Source: Octopus sinensis
Lineage: Eukaryota
Reading direction: 5' to 3'
Assembly: GCF_006345805.1 (NCBI RefSeq)
Contig: NC_043003.1
Location: forward strand, 11,718,001-11,782,000
DNA: 64,000 nucleotides
Within the stretch, counting starts at the first letter, position 1. Each line of letters begins with the position of its first letter. Made by a program: the position numbers and the translations under genes. Positions 1 to 12,595 of the stretch are shown piece after piece. Below the pieces are notes generated by a model. It had not been told where the DNA came from. It searched no databases and was given only the letters and a program-made list of their open reading frames with translations.

Positions 1-463
1 TGGAAAGGAGATGGAGTAGGCGGGGGTGTTGCAAAAGTATGAATGACAATGAGAGCATCTGTGTGTGTGTGTGTGTTGATGTGACTGCAAGATCTGTGTA
101 TTGAGGAAGACACCAAAAGAAAGGAACCAGGGAGCTACTAATGATGGTGAACTGATATTAAAGGGAAAATATATATTATTTAGTTCCCCGATGTTTGTCG
201 ACTGACTCTCAGAATTAGTCATGGTTGGTGTTGTTTTTTAGCCCCAGGACAGCGCTAATCTAGCAGACCTATGATCAAAGGCATTCCAACTGGTTGAACT
301 ACCATTATCATCTGTGTCTTTTTGTTTAAAACCATACAGTGTTGTTTGTGTGGTATTTGGCTGCTGTTTTTAGCCTATAGACCCCTTTGATTCCTGTTTC
401 ATTTATGTAGACCCTCATAACCATTTAATATTTAAAAATAGTATTATATTTTTTTATGGAGAT

Positions 464-657
464 GTACTTGCATAGCAAGTGACCTGATCTGAGATCGTGT
501 GCTAGAACGAAAACAATTGCAGCGTGGAAGTTGTTTACAAGTGGAAGGTGTTTACAAAAACCGTTAGATTCACTTCAACATTTAAATTTAATTTGCCAAA
601 ATATTTTCGTCGCTTTGAGACCGCAACCTCTTCACTGACAAAAATCCGTGCTGCATC
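464..657 (-). mobile_element. Interspersed repeat, probable Penelope-like element LTR remnant with hammerhead-like fold (family H4)
   Basis: Minus strand 641-593 folds as stem I TTGTCA/TGGCAA, core GTGAAGA, stem II GTTGC/GCGAC, GAAA, palindromic AATATT; layout typical of minimal PLE hammerheads. Family assignment is inference. Confidence 0.45.
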
Positions 658-999
658 ATTATATTTTGAGAATTAAGTATTAATAGGAATTATATATAAA
701 AAAAAAATATTGAAATATTTTGTATAATGTAAAAGTGTAACTGGTTTATTGTACATAAATTTTAACATCAAAATCTTACATGGACTCTCAAGGATGATGT
801 GAACCCCCCCCCCCCAAGGGTGATATTGGACCCTGGTTTTGAACCACTGAAAGGCTCAGAATTGGTAATGGTGTTCTGTGTTGGGTGGAGAGGAAAGGAG
901 AAATAAAATAAAATGTGGTGTTTATCTTAAGGTTGCTTGGTCTGGTATGAAGTGACCAAGACAAAAGAGTAGACAACTCCATTACTAGAAAACAGAACC

Positions 1000-1360
1000 A
1001 GCACATTTGAGCATGATCATTACCAGCGTCGCCTTACTGGCACTTGTGCCGGTGGCATGTGAACAAAACATTCGAGCGAGGTCGTTGCCAGTGCCGCTGG
1101 ACTGACTCCTGTGCAGGTGGCACATAAAAAACACCATTTCGAGCATGGATGTTGCCAGTACCACCAGACTGGCCCTCATGCCGGTGGCACGTAAAAGCCC
1201 CCACTACACTCTCGGAGTGGTTAGCGTTAGGAAGGGCATCCAGCTGTAAAAACTCTGCCAGATCAGATTGGAGCCTGGCGCAGCCATCTGGTTCGCCAGT
1301 GCTCAGTCAAATCATCCAACCCATGCTAGCATGGAAAGTGCATGTTAAATGATGATGATG
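1000..1360 (+). mobile_element. RTE-clade LINE 3' UTR fragment
   Basis: Three ~66-bp internal units, then GGAAGGGCATCCAGCTGTA...CCAACCCATGCTAGCATGGAAAG...(GAT)n tail; same UTR follows an RTE ORF end at 26516-26656. Confidence 0.8.
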
Positions 1361-1658
1361 GTGATGTAGTACACATGTTCTATTTTTGCTGGCCAAATTA
1401 ATTTAATACCTGCACTTTAGTGCAGAAAAATTTAACCTGGGCAAATTGAAGGTGAAACACTTCTGTCTTTCTCTTTGCTTCTCTCTACATGCAAATATTC
1501 TTCTATTGAGTTTGTTGTTGGATAGACTTGTGATCAAAACCTTGATATTTTTCCCCCTTAAAATCAAAGTTGATGGGGATTTGACTGTTATTTCTAGAAG
1601 GTCAAGCAACCATGTAGAGGCTCCCATGTTGAAGTTGTGTATGTTGTTACTCATGAAG

Positions 1659-1690
<32 letters not shown>

Positions 1691-1819
1691 CCTTGCATAA
1701 AATAAGACACGCAACACAGTATATTCCAAGCATTTCTGTCCAAATACCTTTTTTCTTTTCTTATTAACATAATTCAACAAACAAAACTCTCCATTGCTAT
1801 TTCAAGCCACATGCATTGT

Positions 1820-1912
1820 CCATTCACATTACCCATAATCCATCATCCAATTTACATTACCCATAATCCAGCATCCATTCATATTACCCATAATCCATCA
1901 TCCATTCACATC
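1820..1912. repeat. ~28-bp minisatellite, ~3.3 copies
   Basis: ATTACCCATAATCCATCATCCA unit starts at 1828, 1856, 1883; no unique spacers. Confidence 0.85.
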
Positions 1913-2674
1913 ACACGTGTTTACTTGGATAGCTGTCTCTTAAGCACACATTAGCCGATGTTTTCTCACCTCATTGGCTTCAGCACTTTCTCTTCACTTA
2001 ATATTATTCTATACATAAACAGACAAGATCCAGCTGAAATCTTCCCTGATTGTTGTTGTAGGAACTCTGAATGTTCATTCCATGTTTCACGAGTTTAACC
2101 ACCTTCTGTATTCACACTTCTTACACACGTCTCATGCAATCTACTTGTCATGCAGCAGATAGAAGAACAACGCTCAAACTTAACAACATGTGTGGCTGTC
2201 CTTGCTGCTATAGATTGATGTTAAAAAGAAATTACTCTATTAAATAGAATGCGTTCATGTATGCAAACACACACACACACATGCAGACAACCATGCAAAA
2301 ATGAACACACACACACACACTCAACCATACAAAGAAGCTTGTACTGAAAAAAAAAAGACAATCACAATTGTAATTACTGCATCAGATGATGGAAAATTTA
2401 AATTAAAAGTGCACAAATGTATGTGATTTGCTTGCCAAACTACGAAATGTCAAAACTTATATCCTTTCTCTGCAACATTCTTCCCATTTCTCTGCTGGAT
2501 TCATTCAAATCTAATTTATATTTTAGTTTCCATTACCGTTCCATTCCTTTCAAGGAAACATGTCAGCGTTTCTGTATCTATCATCACATGTTTCGGCGAT
2601 GCTTTTACTTAGAGACATACCTGGATGTGCATGTGTGTATTGATCTAATTATGTTGATTCAATTTGTGTATACA

Positions 2675-2850
2675 GATGCAGGAATGGCTGTGTGGTTAAT
2701 AGGCTCGGATTGCAACCATGTGGTTTCAGGTTCAATCCCACTGCTTGGTTCTTTGGGCAAATGTCTTCTGCTATAATCCTAGGTCAATCAATGCTTTGTG
2801 AGTGAATTTGGTAAATGGAAACTGTGTTGAAGCCCATTATATATATATAT
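2675..2850 (+). mobile_element. SINE-A (tRNA head, CORE-like), diverged 5' half
   Basis: TGGCTGTGTGG A-box-like, GGTTCAATCCC B-box-like, TTTGGGCAAATGTCTT core-like segment, followed by (TA)n(TG)n. Confidence 0.7.
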
Positions 2851-2889
2851 ATATGTGTGTGTGTGTCTGTGAATGTTAGTGGATGGCTA

Positions 2890-3122
2890 AAGGCGGCGAG
2901 CTGGCAGAAACGTTAGCACACCGGGCGAAATGCTCAGCAGTATTTTGTCTGTCGTTACGTTCTGGGTTCAAACACTGCCGAGGTCAACTTTGCCTTTCGT
3001 CCTTTCGGGGTCGATAAATAAAGTACCAGTTGTGCACTGGGGTCGATGTAGTTGACTTAATCCCTTTGTCTGTCTTTGTTTGTCCCCTCTATGTTTAGCC
3101 CCTTGTGGGCAATAAAGAAATA
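2890..3122 (+). mobile_element. SINE-B (tRNA head, Meta/MESC-like central domain), tail type B1
   Basis: AAGGCGGCGAGCTGGCAGAAACGTTAGC head; GCCTTTCGTCCTTTCGGGGTCGATAAA..AAGTACCAG resembles the MetaSINE domain; ends GGCAATAAAGAAATA. Confidence 0.85.
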
Positions 3123-3724
3123 TATTTTGGTACCAGCTGATTGCTGACCTATTTCTTTGTGGTTGACGAGCTTTTTACAGTTCTCTGCCACATTACTAAC
3201 AGAATATACCATAACTACTAGCTGGCCCCATGCCATCAAAAATGACAGCTAATTGTAGTATTTTATTTATAAATATGGATGGTAAATCAAATTAATATAC
3301 TTGTCAATGTTATCAAGTGGTTGTCTTTTGAGAGGTGACATCGATTGTTGTTTCCTACTGAAAGAGCGCTGGTTCACACATAGAAACACTCACATACTTC
3401 CCTTGTATATGCACACACACATATACTCACACAGAGTTGAAACGCTGTTTGATTTTTCATTTCAGCATTGAATTTTCACCATCCCCCTTCCATTGCACAC
3501 ACACACACACACAACATTCACATGCCTCCCTTTTTACATGCACACACATATACTCACACGGAGTTGAAATGCTCCCTCAACCAGTTTGCCATCATCCTTC
3601 CTTCCTTATTCATCTATCACCCCTTCCTTTCTCATTCATATGTTGTGACGGAGAAAAACACGAGCATTATTATAGTATATATATATATATATATATATAT
3701 CCATGATTGACAGCTAAATCCACA

Positions 3725-3895
3725 AGTATTTTTTTTTATACTTTCCCTGTTCATTTCTGTTGAAGAGCATAGGCTCGAAACATATAAGACTTTCTCACCC
3801 TCCCTAGCATCAAACTAATACACCTGTTTGTTGTTTATATGCTTGTCTTCATTCTTTTGTTTTTCTGCAAATTTTTTTGTAAATTTCAACTATAT
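3725..3895 (+). mobile_element. Penelope-like LTR remnant, family H3 (copy 1 of 3)
   Basis: CTGTTGAAGAGCATAGGCTCGAAAC at 3757-3781 plus AAACTAATACAC..TTGTT tail shared with 25130-25290 and 56830-57060. Confidence 0.55.
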
Positions 3896-4063
3896 ATACA
3901 TACACACACACACACACACATACATCATATAATCATCGTCAACTTTCATCTGCAGAATTTGAGCTCAGAACGTGAAGAATGACAAAGTACCACTAAGCTT
4001 TTTGTCTGGTGTGCTAATGGTTCTCCCAGCTTGCCACAGTAATTATAACAATAATAATAATAA

Positions 4064-4511
4064 TACTCCTTTCTACTCTAGGCACAAGGCCTGAAATTTT
4101 TGGGGAGGGGGCCAGTTGATGTAATCAACTGGTACTTAATTTATCAACCCTGGAAAGGTGAAAGGCAAAGTTGACCTTGGCAGAATTTGAACTCAAAATG
4201 TAGCGACAAGCGAAATACCGCTAAGCATTTCATCCAGTGTACTAACAACTCTGCCAGATCACCTCCTTTATAATAATAATAATATAATACTCCTTTCTAC
4301 TCTAGGCACAAGGCCTGAAATTTTGGGGAGGGGGCCAGTTGATGTAATCAACTGGTACTTAATTTATCAACCCTGGAAAGGTGAAAGGCAAAGTTGACCT
4401 TGGCAGAATTTGAACTCAAAATGTAGCGACAAGCGAAATACCGCTAAGCATTTCATCCAGTGTACTAACAACTCTGCCAGATCACCTCCTTTATAATAAT
4501 AATAATAATAA
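4064..4511 (-). repeat. Near-identical 223/224-bp tandem duplication of a SINE-B (tail B2) copy
   Basis: Units start at 4064 and 4288; identical except one T in a T-run; each ends in (AAT)n. Confidence 0.95.
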
Positions 4512-5212
4512 TAGTAACTAAAGAGGGGCATATCTCTCTATGGATAAGCTGCCAGCCTATCACAGCCTCTTTAACCTGTCATGTGACTGAAATTAAGCTT
4601 TGTAACTGAACACTGCCAACCAATGACTCACCTGTCACTGTTATGTTGCTTCTGCATACACCTGTTAATGACACCAACTGCAGCACATGTATACAGGTCA
4701 GTGCTGTAGAGAGCTTTATATGTCTTCACCTGGACACATCATTACATTGCAGGTGAGAAATCATCATCTTGACTAATTGTCTTGTCTACTTAGTCGTCCA
4801 CACTTTTCTTTATAGTAAATCAGTGTATAATTATAATTATTATTAAGATGGTGAGTTGGCAGAATCATTAGCACACTGGACAATATGCTTAGTTGTATTT
4901 CACCTGTCCCTACGTTCTGAGTTCAAATTTCACCGAGGTTGACTTTGCCTTACATCCTTTCAGGTTCGATAAAGTACCAATAGGAGTTGATATAATTCAT
5001 AAGAAGGGTCATAAGAACCCCAGTCAAGAGTTCTGATTCAAAAGCTGTTGTAGGATAGCATAGCTCAAATATGTGACCTGCTAGTTTTTAACCATTGATA
5101 ATTTCACCAAGTGGTCTTATGTTAGCTTCCTTTTGAGTATCGTCATTGGTTTTACTAGTATGTTCTGATAATCCTTCGCAGGCTTTCAGTTGATTTTCAC
5201 AACATTGTCCAG

Positions 5213-5482
5213 TCATCATCATCATCATCATCGTTTAACGTCTGTCTTCCATGCTAGCATGGGTTGGACGATTTGACTGGGGTCTGGGAAGCCAGGAGGC
5301 TACACCAGGCTCCAGTCTGATCTGGTAAAGTTTCTACAGCTGGATGCCCTTCCTAAAGCCAACCACTCTGACAGAGTAGTGGGTGCTTTTTATGTGCCAC
5401 CGGCACAGGTTCCAGGGGAGGCTGGCAGCAGCCACGATCGGTTGGTGCATTTTACATGCCATTGGCACGGAAGCCAGTCAAG
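5213..5482 (-). mobile_element. RTE-clade LINE 3' fragment
   Basis: (CAT)n CGTTTAACGTCTGTCTTCCATGCTAGCATGGGTTGG = reverse complement of the RTE tail. Confidence 0.8.
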
Positions 5483-6399
5483 TGTTTATATATATATATT
5501 TTTAATGGTGAAGTGTGTAACGAGAAAGATATGCTGCTATTTCTTGTAGATCAAGCAATCATGAAGAGTCTTTCTCATTGATTGGTATTAAAAGATGATT
5601 GTTGTTTCAGCCTCTCTGTATGCGTGTGTGTCAGTTGAATAGATTCCACTTATAGCCATTATACGCGTCCTACAAGAGAGAGATCTTGGCTAGTTTTCCA
5701 TTCATTCATTTTGGTCTCACAGAATTCTTCTGCTTTTGAATCATTTGGCACTTTCCCATAAAGAATTTCTTTGCTTATAAGAACAGAAATCTGCTGCATG
5801 ATGTTGCATAGAATATCTGATCCTTCCTCTCCCTCCCTCCTACCCTCCTTCCCTCTCTCTTTCTCTCTCTCCCTCCTTCTCTCTCTGTTCTTGCTGTTGT
5901 TTAGCTTTGTCTCTCCAACCTGGTCAGTTTATACATATTCAGGAAATGTTATAACTATTAAATGTCAAGTGACATTGAGCCCCCTGTACCCTAGTATCAC
6001 CCTAACCCTTAACCATCCTCCCATCCTCTCTCTCTCTCTCTCTCTCTCTCATGCTGTTCTCCAGGTCTTGCATTTTTCTTTCTTTCTCTCTCTTTTTCCT
6101 TTCCCTTTGCCATTTCTTGCTAATAAAAATAGCTCCAATGCATGTCTCATTGGCTGAAATCCTTAGCCCACAGCTGGAGAAAATGGTAACAGAGGAGGCT
6201 TTCTAGAACCACCAAATAATAATGGTCAGGCTCAGCAGAAGCTGTTCCTCTCCTCCTCCCCTCAACCCCTTTTTCTTCTTCTTCTTCTTCATTCTCCTGT
6301 TGTCAACATATGACTCACGCTGGGCTCCAAGAAAGTGCAATAACCATTCCACACACAAAAGCCCTCTTACCAAGATATTTGTCCATCACTCCATCACCC

Positions 6400-6995
6400 T
6401 CTTTAACCTATTCATACTCTCCCCCCTCTCTCCCTTACTCTCTCTGTATCCCTACTCTATCTCTATATCTCTCTCTCCTCTATATCCCTCTCTCTCCTCT
6501 ACATTCCTCATCTATCTCTGTATCTCTCTACTCTATATCTCTCTTCTATCTTTATATCCCTCTCTCTTCCTTTCTATCTCTATATCCTTCCTTTCTCTCT
6601 ATCTCTCTCTCCTCTGTCTCCCTTCTCTCTCTCTCTCTCCTCTATCTCCCTCTTCTCTTTCTCTCTCTCTTCTATATGTCCCTCTCTCTTCTATCTCTAT
6701 ATCCCTCCTCTCTCTTTATCTTTCCTCTATCTCTCTCTTATTTATATATCCCTCCCTTTCTATCTCTACATCCCTCCTCTCTCTCCCTTTCTATCTCTAC
6801 ATCCCTCCTCTCTCTCCCTTTCTATCTCTATATCCCTCCTCTCTCTCCCTTTCTATCTCTATATCCCTCTCTCTCTCTTCCTTTCTATCTCTATATCCCT
6901 CCTCTATTTCTTTATCACTTTCTCCCCTTGTACTTCTCCCCCTCTTCCATCACTCTCTCCCTCTTTCTTCTCCCTCCCTCCTCCCCTCCTCCTCA
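6400..6995. repeat. Polypyrimidine CT-rich compound repeat with ~31-bp higher-order unit
   Basis: Almost pure C/T with interspersed A; CTCTCCCTTTCTATCTCTA(C/T)ATCCCTCCT recurs at period 31 around 6781-6900. Confidence 0.9.
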
Positions 6996-7400
6996 TCCCC
7001 TGCATTCGCCATGACACTCCATGTACTTCCATCTGTCTGTTATTCTTATTTCCTGCAGCTAAAAACACCAGAGCAATGTTTTTCCTTTTTAACAATTAGC
7101 TTTTTATTATACATCTTTCGCCTCATGTCCAGTCTCTCATATTGACATACTGACAGAGATGGCCTGCCTGCCTGTAAGACTATCTGCATTTCCTACCAAA
7201 TATACATACAGATATACGCGGCTACGTATGCGAGCGTGCACATGGGCGTCAGTGTAAGCATATGACTGTATGCCTGCATCTGTGATTATGTGTGTGTGAG
7301 AGAGCATGTACATGAGTCAGTGTGCGTATGTATGTATGTGTCCGTTTGTATTGGTGTATGTGTCTTTTATGAACTGATGTGTTTGATAATGTAAAGGTTG

Positions 7401-7840
7401 CTCTTTTACTCTTTTACTTGTTTCAGTCATTTGACTGCGGCCATGCTGGAGCACCGCCTTCAGCCGAGCAAAATCGATCCCCCCCCCCCAGGACTTATTC
7501 TTTGTAAGCCTAGTACTTATTCTATCGGTTCTCTTTTGCTGAATCACTAAGTTACGTGGACATAAACACACCAGCATCGGTTGTCAAGCGATGTTGGTGG
7601 GGACAAACACAGACACACAAACATATATATACACACACACACACACACACATATACATATATATATACATATATACGATGGGCTTCTTTCAGCTTCCTTC
7701 TACCAAATCCACTCACAAGGCTTTGGTTGGCACAAGGCTATAGTAGAAGACATTTGCCCAAGGTACCATGCAGTGGGACTGAACCTGGAACCCTGCGGTT
7801 CGTAGGCAAGCTACTTACCACACAGCCACTCCTACACCTA
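7401..7840 (-). mobile_element. SINE-A, full length with internal microsatellite
   Basis: Reverse complement of TGGCTGTGTGGTAAGTAGC head, CCTTGGGCAAATGTCTT core-like segment and CAGCATGGCCGCAGTCAAATGACTGAAACAAGTAAAAG tail. Confidence 0.9.
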
Positions 7841-10800
7841 TTTGATTGGTTGTGCGTAAAAATAGTAAAAGTGATAGACAAAATAACTTGTCTCTTAGCT
7901 TTTACTTGTTTCAGGGATTGCACTGTGGCCATGCTGGGGCACCGCCTTGAATGGTTTGTAGTTGAACAAATCAACCCCTGTACTTTTTTTTTGTGAGTTT
8001 GGTACCTCTCTGCCAAACTGCTAAGTCACGAGAATGTAAACAAACCAATACTAGTTAACGAGTGGTGGTGGGGGACAAATACAACACAAACTCTCACACA
8101 CTTGTGTGTGTGTGTGTGTAGCAAGAAGTTTTCTTCTGAACCACATTGTTCCAGGTTCAGTTACACTGCATGGCATCTTAGGCAGATGTCTTCTTTTATA
8201 GCCCCAGAAACTCAAAGAAGCCTCTGTGTGTGTGTGTTTTACAGTCGCCTTATTTTGAGATTGCATAATAGCTATGAATGTTCTTAACTACCAAACTTTT
8301 GTGAAAATATGTTTGGCTGTGGGGAAATTTACTTGAAAACAAATTTACTTGAGGGTTGGTGACATAGAAAATCCACCTCATTAAATTCCATCCAACCCAT
8401 GGAAAAGTGGACTTGAAAACGATGATGATGATGATATAGAGATTAACTGACTGATTGATTAATTGATTGGTTAGCCTGGTTAGTCTCAAATATGATTCAT
8501 ATGAATTATAGATGCACGTAGAATGCTGAGACATTTCAGAGTATCATTGTAGTTTGCCATCGTGTAACAGATATACATCACTAGACAACACCTAGGACTA
8601 ACCTACCAATCAAGAGCTCCAGATATCTGCTGACATTAGATATCCTGTATGTGAAGCTGGGTTGAATTTCAGTGTTTAAGTAGCATTCAAGCTGTTTTAA
8701 TTCTGCTGTCTTTTTGGAATTCAAGATGAAAGTCTGTTGCCCCTATTTTGAAGTTAGCAAGAAGTTAACCGAGGCAGACTTCTCTGCTGCATTAAACAGA
8801 TCAAATGACTGCAGAGAAACTTGTTTGTGCTACATGCGACCCTAGACAAGACTCTTCACACTGTTTGTTTCCCTGAAGCTCTCTTAGCAACCATGTGGTC
8901 TCAGGTTCAGTCCCACTCTGCAGCACTTTATGCGAGTGTCTTTTTCTATAGCCCTGGGCCAGTCAATGTCTTCTGAGTGAATTTGGTAGATGGAAACTGT
9001 ATGGAAGCTCATTGTATATGTTTGTATGTATATATGTGTTTGCATTCATCCACCCACACTGCTTTCTCAATTGGTGTTGGTTTGTTTGTGTTCCCTATAA
9101 CTTAGTGTGTTGGCAAGAGAAATCAGACTTATAAAATAAGCACTGGAGTAGATATGTTCAATTGAACCCTTCAATGCAGAGCCCCAGTATGGTTGCAGTC
9201 CAATGACTGAAACCAGGACAAGATCAATAAAGAGGGAAGATACAATAAGTTTGACTCAGCTCCGCATAACTTGAAGTTTCATGGACATTTGCTTTATTTC
9301 CCTGAAATGTTAAGTCATGTGGAACCGAGTGAAATTATCTATAATATAAATTGGACATGGGCGATCGTTGTATTCTTTCTTGTCTTGAGGTTCACAGCCA
9401 AACGGCTGGGTGGATTTGCGTGAAAAATGGCACACATGTGCAGACAGGTGCATAGATTGGAATGCAGTTTGTATTTTTTTCCTAACCCCCATAATTACCG
9501 AGAAAATTGATTAAAACGTTTTCTGACGGAATTCCCCCTCTTTCTTCTGCCATTAAAACAACCAGTTGCTCAGAAGCTGTTTTCTGGTGGGGTGGGGTCA
9601 GGAAATTTTCATACAGCTGGAGGCTCCAATCGAAACAGGGGACCCCAAATGACAAGGTTGACAAACGCTGTTATAGATTATGCCTAACAGAAAATGATCA
9701 CAGCCACATCATCGAAACAGACTGGGTGAAACCAGGCTTAGCTGCTAGTATACATATATATTTAATTCCAACCCAATGTATTGAGTGCTACTTTCTTTCA
9801 TCTGTTTACTTCTTTATGTGTGTGTGTGTTACTGTGATAGCAAGAGGTCCTTTAGGGTGTTCATCCATTCCTCTGACCTTGTTGATTCAGATCAACAAAA
9901 AGCAGGCTGAAATGGGTGGGCTCTCCATAAGGTCTCTCCCTAACAGAGCAAAGAATATACTGTGCATAATTGTATGTGTAATGTATGTATGTGTGTGTGT
10001 GTGTGTGTGTGTGTCTTTTTGTCTTGACATCATGTGACAGATGTAAATGAGTGTCACTCTCATATAAGCTGCATCATTCATTTGTAATTTTCTGCAAGAA
10101 CATGTTTGGCCATGGGGGAAATACCTTGCTTGCAAACAAGGGTTGGCAACTGGAAGGGTATCCAGCTATAGAAAATCTGCCTCAACAAACTCCATCTGAC
10201 TCATGCAAACATGGAAAAGTAGACATTAAAACAATGATGATGATGATGTTGATGATACACACACACAAATTCACCTTGTCAACTGCATAATTATCGTATT
10301 AAATTTTCTGCTACCATGACAACAACATTATTCCTTTTTTTTAAATATGTAACTTTGAAAGCTGAGTCAATAGAAATGAGTTCCAGCTATCTGAAATCTC
10401 CAATACCCAAGTGGTTAAATAGTGTCAAGCAAAGGGCACCCAGGAGTCATAACCTGGATGCAGCCTGGCCCTTTTAGAGTGTAAGAAATCAAGGGCCAAA
10501 ACACTTGCCTGGGGTGGGGTTCCTTCTCTAAAAACCACCCCTCTTACAAATTCCACCGTTACCGTTTATACAGAATGTTGTTGTTCCTTCTACGGTGGTT
10601 GCTTCCTTTCTTTCTTTCTGATTCAAACTATGATGAAGTCGACCTAATATAGATATATAAAGTTAAGTCTGAACTTAATCTAAGCACCTTCTACTTCGAC
10701 TGTGGTGGTTGTGACAGCAGCACAACTGGAATAGTTTGCCGGAGCCTCTGATCTGTAAACATCTTAATTGTAAATTGAGGTTTTATATAAACGGGTGGCA

Positions 10801-11159
10801 AGTGAGGTTCAGTGTACCACCCACACCTTCTCCTCATGCATTACATTCTCTTTGATCCATTGCCAGAAATAATAGCTGGTGGATGAGAATTACAGAGCTT
10901 GGAACCAAGAAACGGTTGGGAAAGTAATTAGGCTTCAATTCCACACACATAAATGTACACACAAACACACACACACATACATGCTTGCACATACATACAT
11001 ACATACACACATACATATACACACACACGCACAACTATTTTTACAGGAAAATCGCAGTCCCTAGTAACTAAAATATGACAGTTCAACTTTAGCTTGGCCC
11101 TTTTCACATCTCAAAGGAAAATGACTTATGAGGCATGAAGTTGTACCCTATTGTTTGTC

Positions 11160-11263
11160 TATATATGTGTGTATATTTATGTATGTTTATGTATATATAT
11201 ATGTATATGTGTGTGTGTGTATGTATATATATGTGTGTATATTTATGTATATGTATGTATGTA

Positions 11264-11300
<37 letters not shown>

Positions 11301-11309
11301 GCATATAAA

Positions 11310-11355
<46 letters not shown>

Positions 11356-11405
11356 TATGTGTATATATACACGTGTATGTATGTATATATTTATATCTGT
11401 GTTTG

Positions 11406-11441
<36 letters not shown>

Positions 11442-11559
11442 TATTTGTATACATACATGTGTATGTATGTATATATATGTGTGCATATATATATATATAT
11501 ATGTATGTGTGTATATATATATATATGTATGTGTGTATATATATATATATGTATGTGTG

Positions 11560-11591
<32 letters not shown>

Positions 11592-11690
11592 TATATGTGT
11601 ACATATACATACATGTATGTGTTTGTATGTATATATATATGTATGTATATATATATATATATATGAAAGAGAGAGAGAGAGAGTGAGAGA
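11160..11690. repeat. Compound (TA)/(TG)/(CA) microsatellite
   Basis: Directly visible; source of the YI/HT/CV-rich pseudo-ORFs. Confidence 0.95.
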
Positions 11691-11905
11691 AAACAAGTGC
11701 ATAGATATGTGAGTGTTGTTGAGATGTAGGGGTAGATACAGACATAGGTTGCTGTTAGTACGGGTGGGGTTTTGTTTCACAAATAATTTGGATATTTGCC
11801 TATGAAACTGAGACTCGAATAAATTGTAGCAGTTATTTCAACTGCCATAGTCATCTGTCTGTTGTGGCTGTTACTTGAACCATGATACTAGATCACCAGC
11901 CTTAT

Positions 11906-11939
<34 letters not shown>

Positions 11940-12229
11940 ATCTGTGCATGTGTTGTGTGTGTGTGTAGACACAGAGAGAAAGAGAGAGAAATGTACTTGT
12001 AGATAATGGAAAAGGGGACTTGCTTTCTGAGATATCTTTGTATATTCTGCTTCTTGAATCGCTGTCTCTCTTTAAGTTCCTAAGTGGACGATTCTCATTG
12101 AGTGTATTGTTTGTTTTTATTTTTGTCTCTGGGTTGGACAATTAATACTTCTACATGTCTAAGTTCACCTAGTTGTCCGAGATCACATACCAATTTGATA
12201 ATGTCTTCTTTGATAGAAAGATAGATAGA

Positions 12230-12545
12230 TAGACAGCCATATATATGTATGTATTTTTATGTATATATGGAGATACATGTGTATATATGTGCATCATGTA
12301 TGTGTGTATACTTATGTATATATTTTATTTTGTGTGTTTATATTTCTATGTATATATGTGTATGATTGTACGTATGTGTGTATATGTATATAGGTATATG
12401 TGTATGTATATAGGTGTGTGTACATGTATATGTATGTGTATGTGTGTGTGTGTGTATGTATATACATTTAGATATATATTTGTGTGTATATATATATATA
12501 TAGGTATATATGTGTATGTATATGTATATATGTGTATATATATAT

Positions 12546-12587
<42 letters not shown>

Positions 12588-12595
12588 CACATACA
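12230..12595. repeat. Compound (TA)/(TG) microsatellite
   Basis: Directly visible. Confidence 0.95.

Noticed and set aside
1820-1912. 28-bp repeats as a CRISPR array
   Set aside because: Units are contiguous with no unique spacers; eukaryotic context with no cas genes.
5771-7145. Long ORFs of 128, 307 and 234 aa
   Set aside because: Translations of the CT-rich repeat (L/S/P/Y only); no domain-like content.
9507-10037. 176-aa ORF in mostly unique sequence
   Set aside because: Non-ATG start, no recognisable motif, runs into (GT)n, no convincing splice sites.
10361-10480. Possible exon AESIEMSSSYLKSPIPKWLNSVKQRAPRSHNLDAAWPF*; also a minus-strand candidate at about 10686-10751
   Set aside because: Weak splice signals and no homology; frames of this length are expected by chance.
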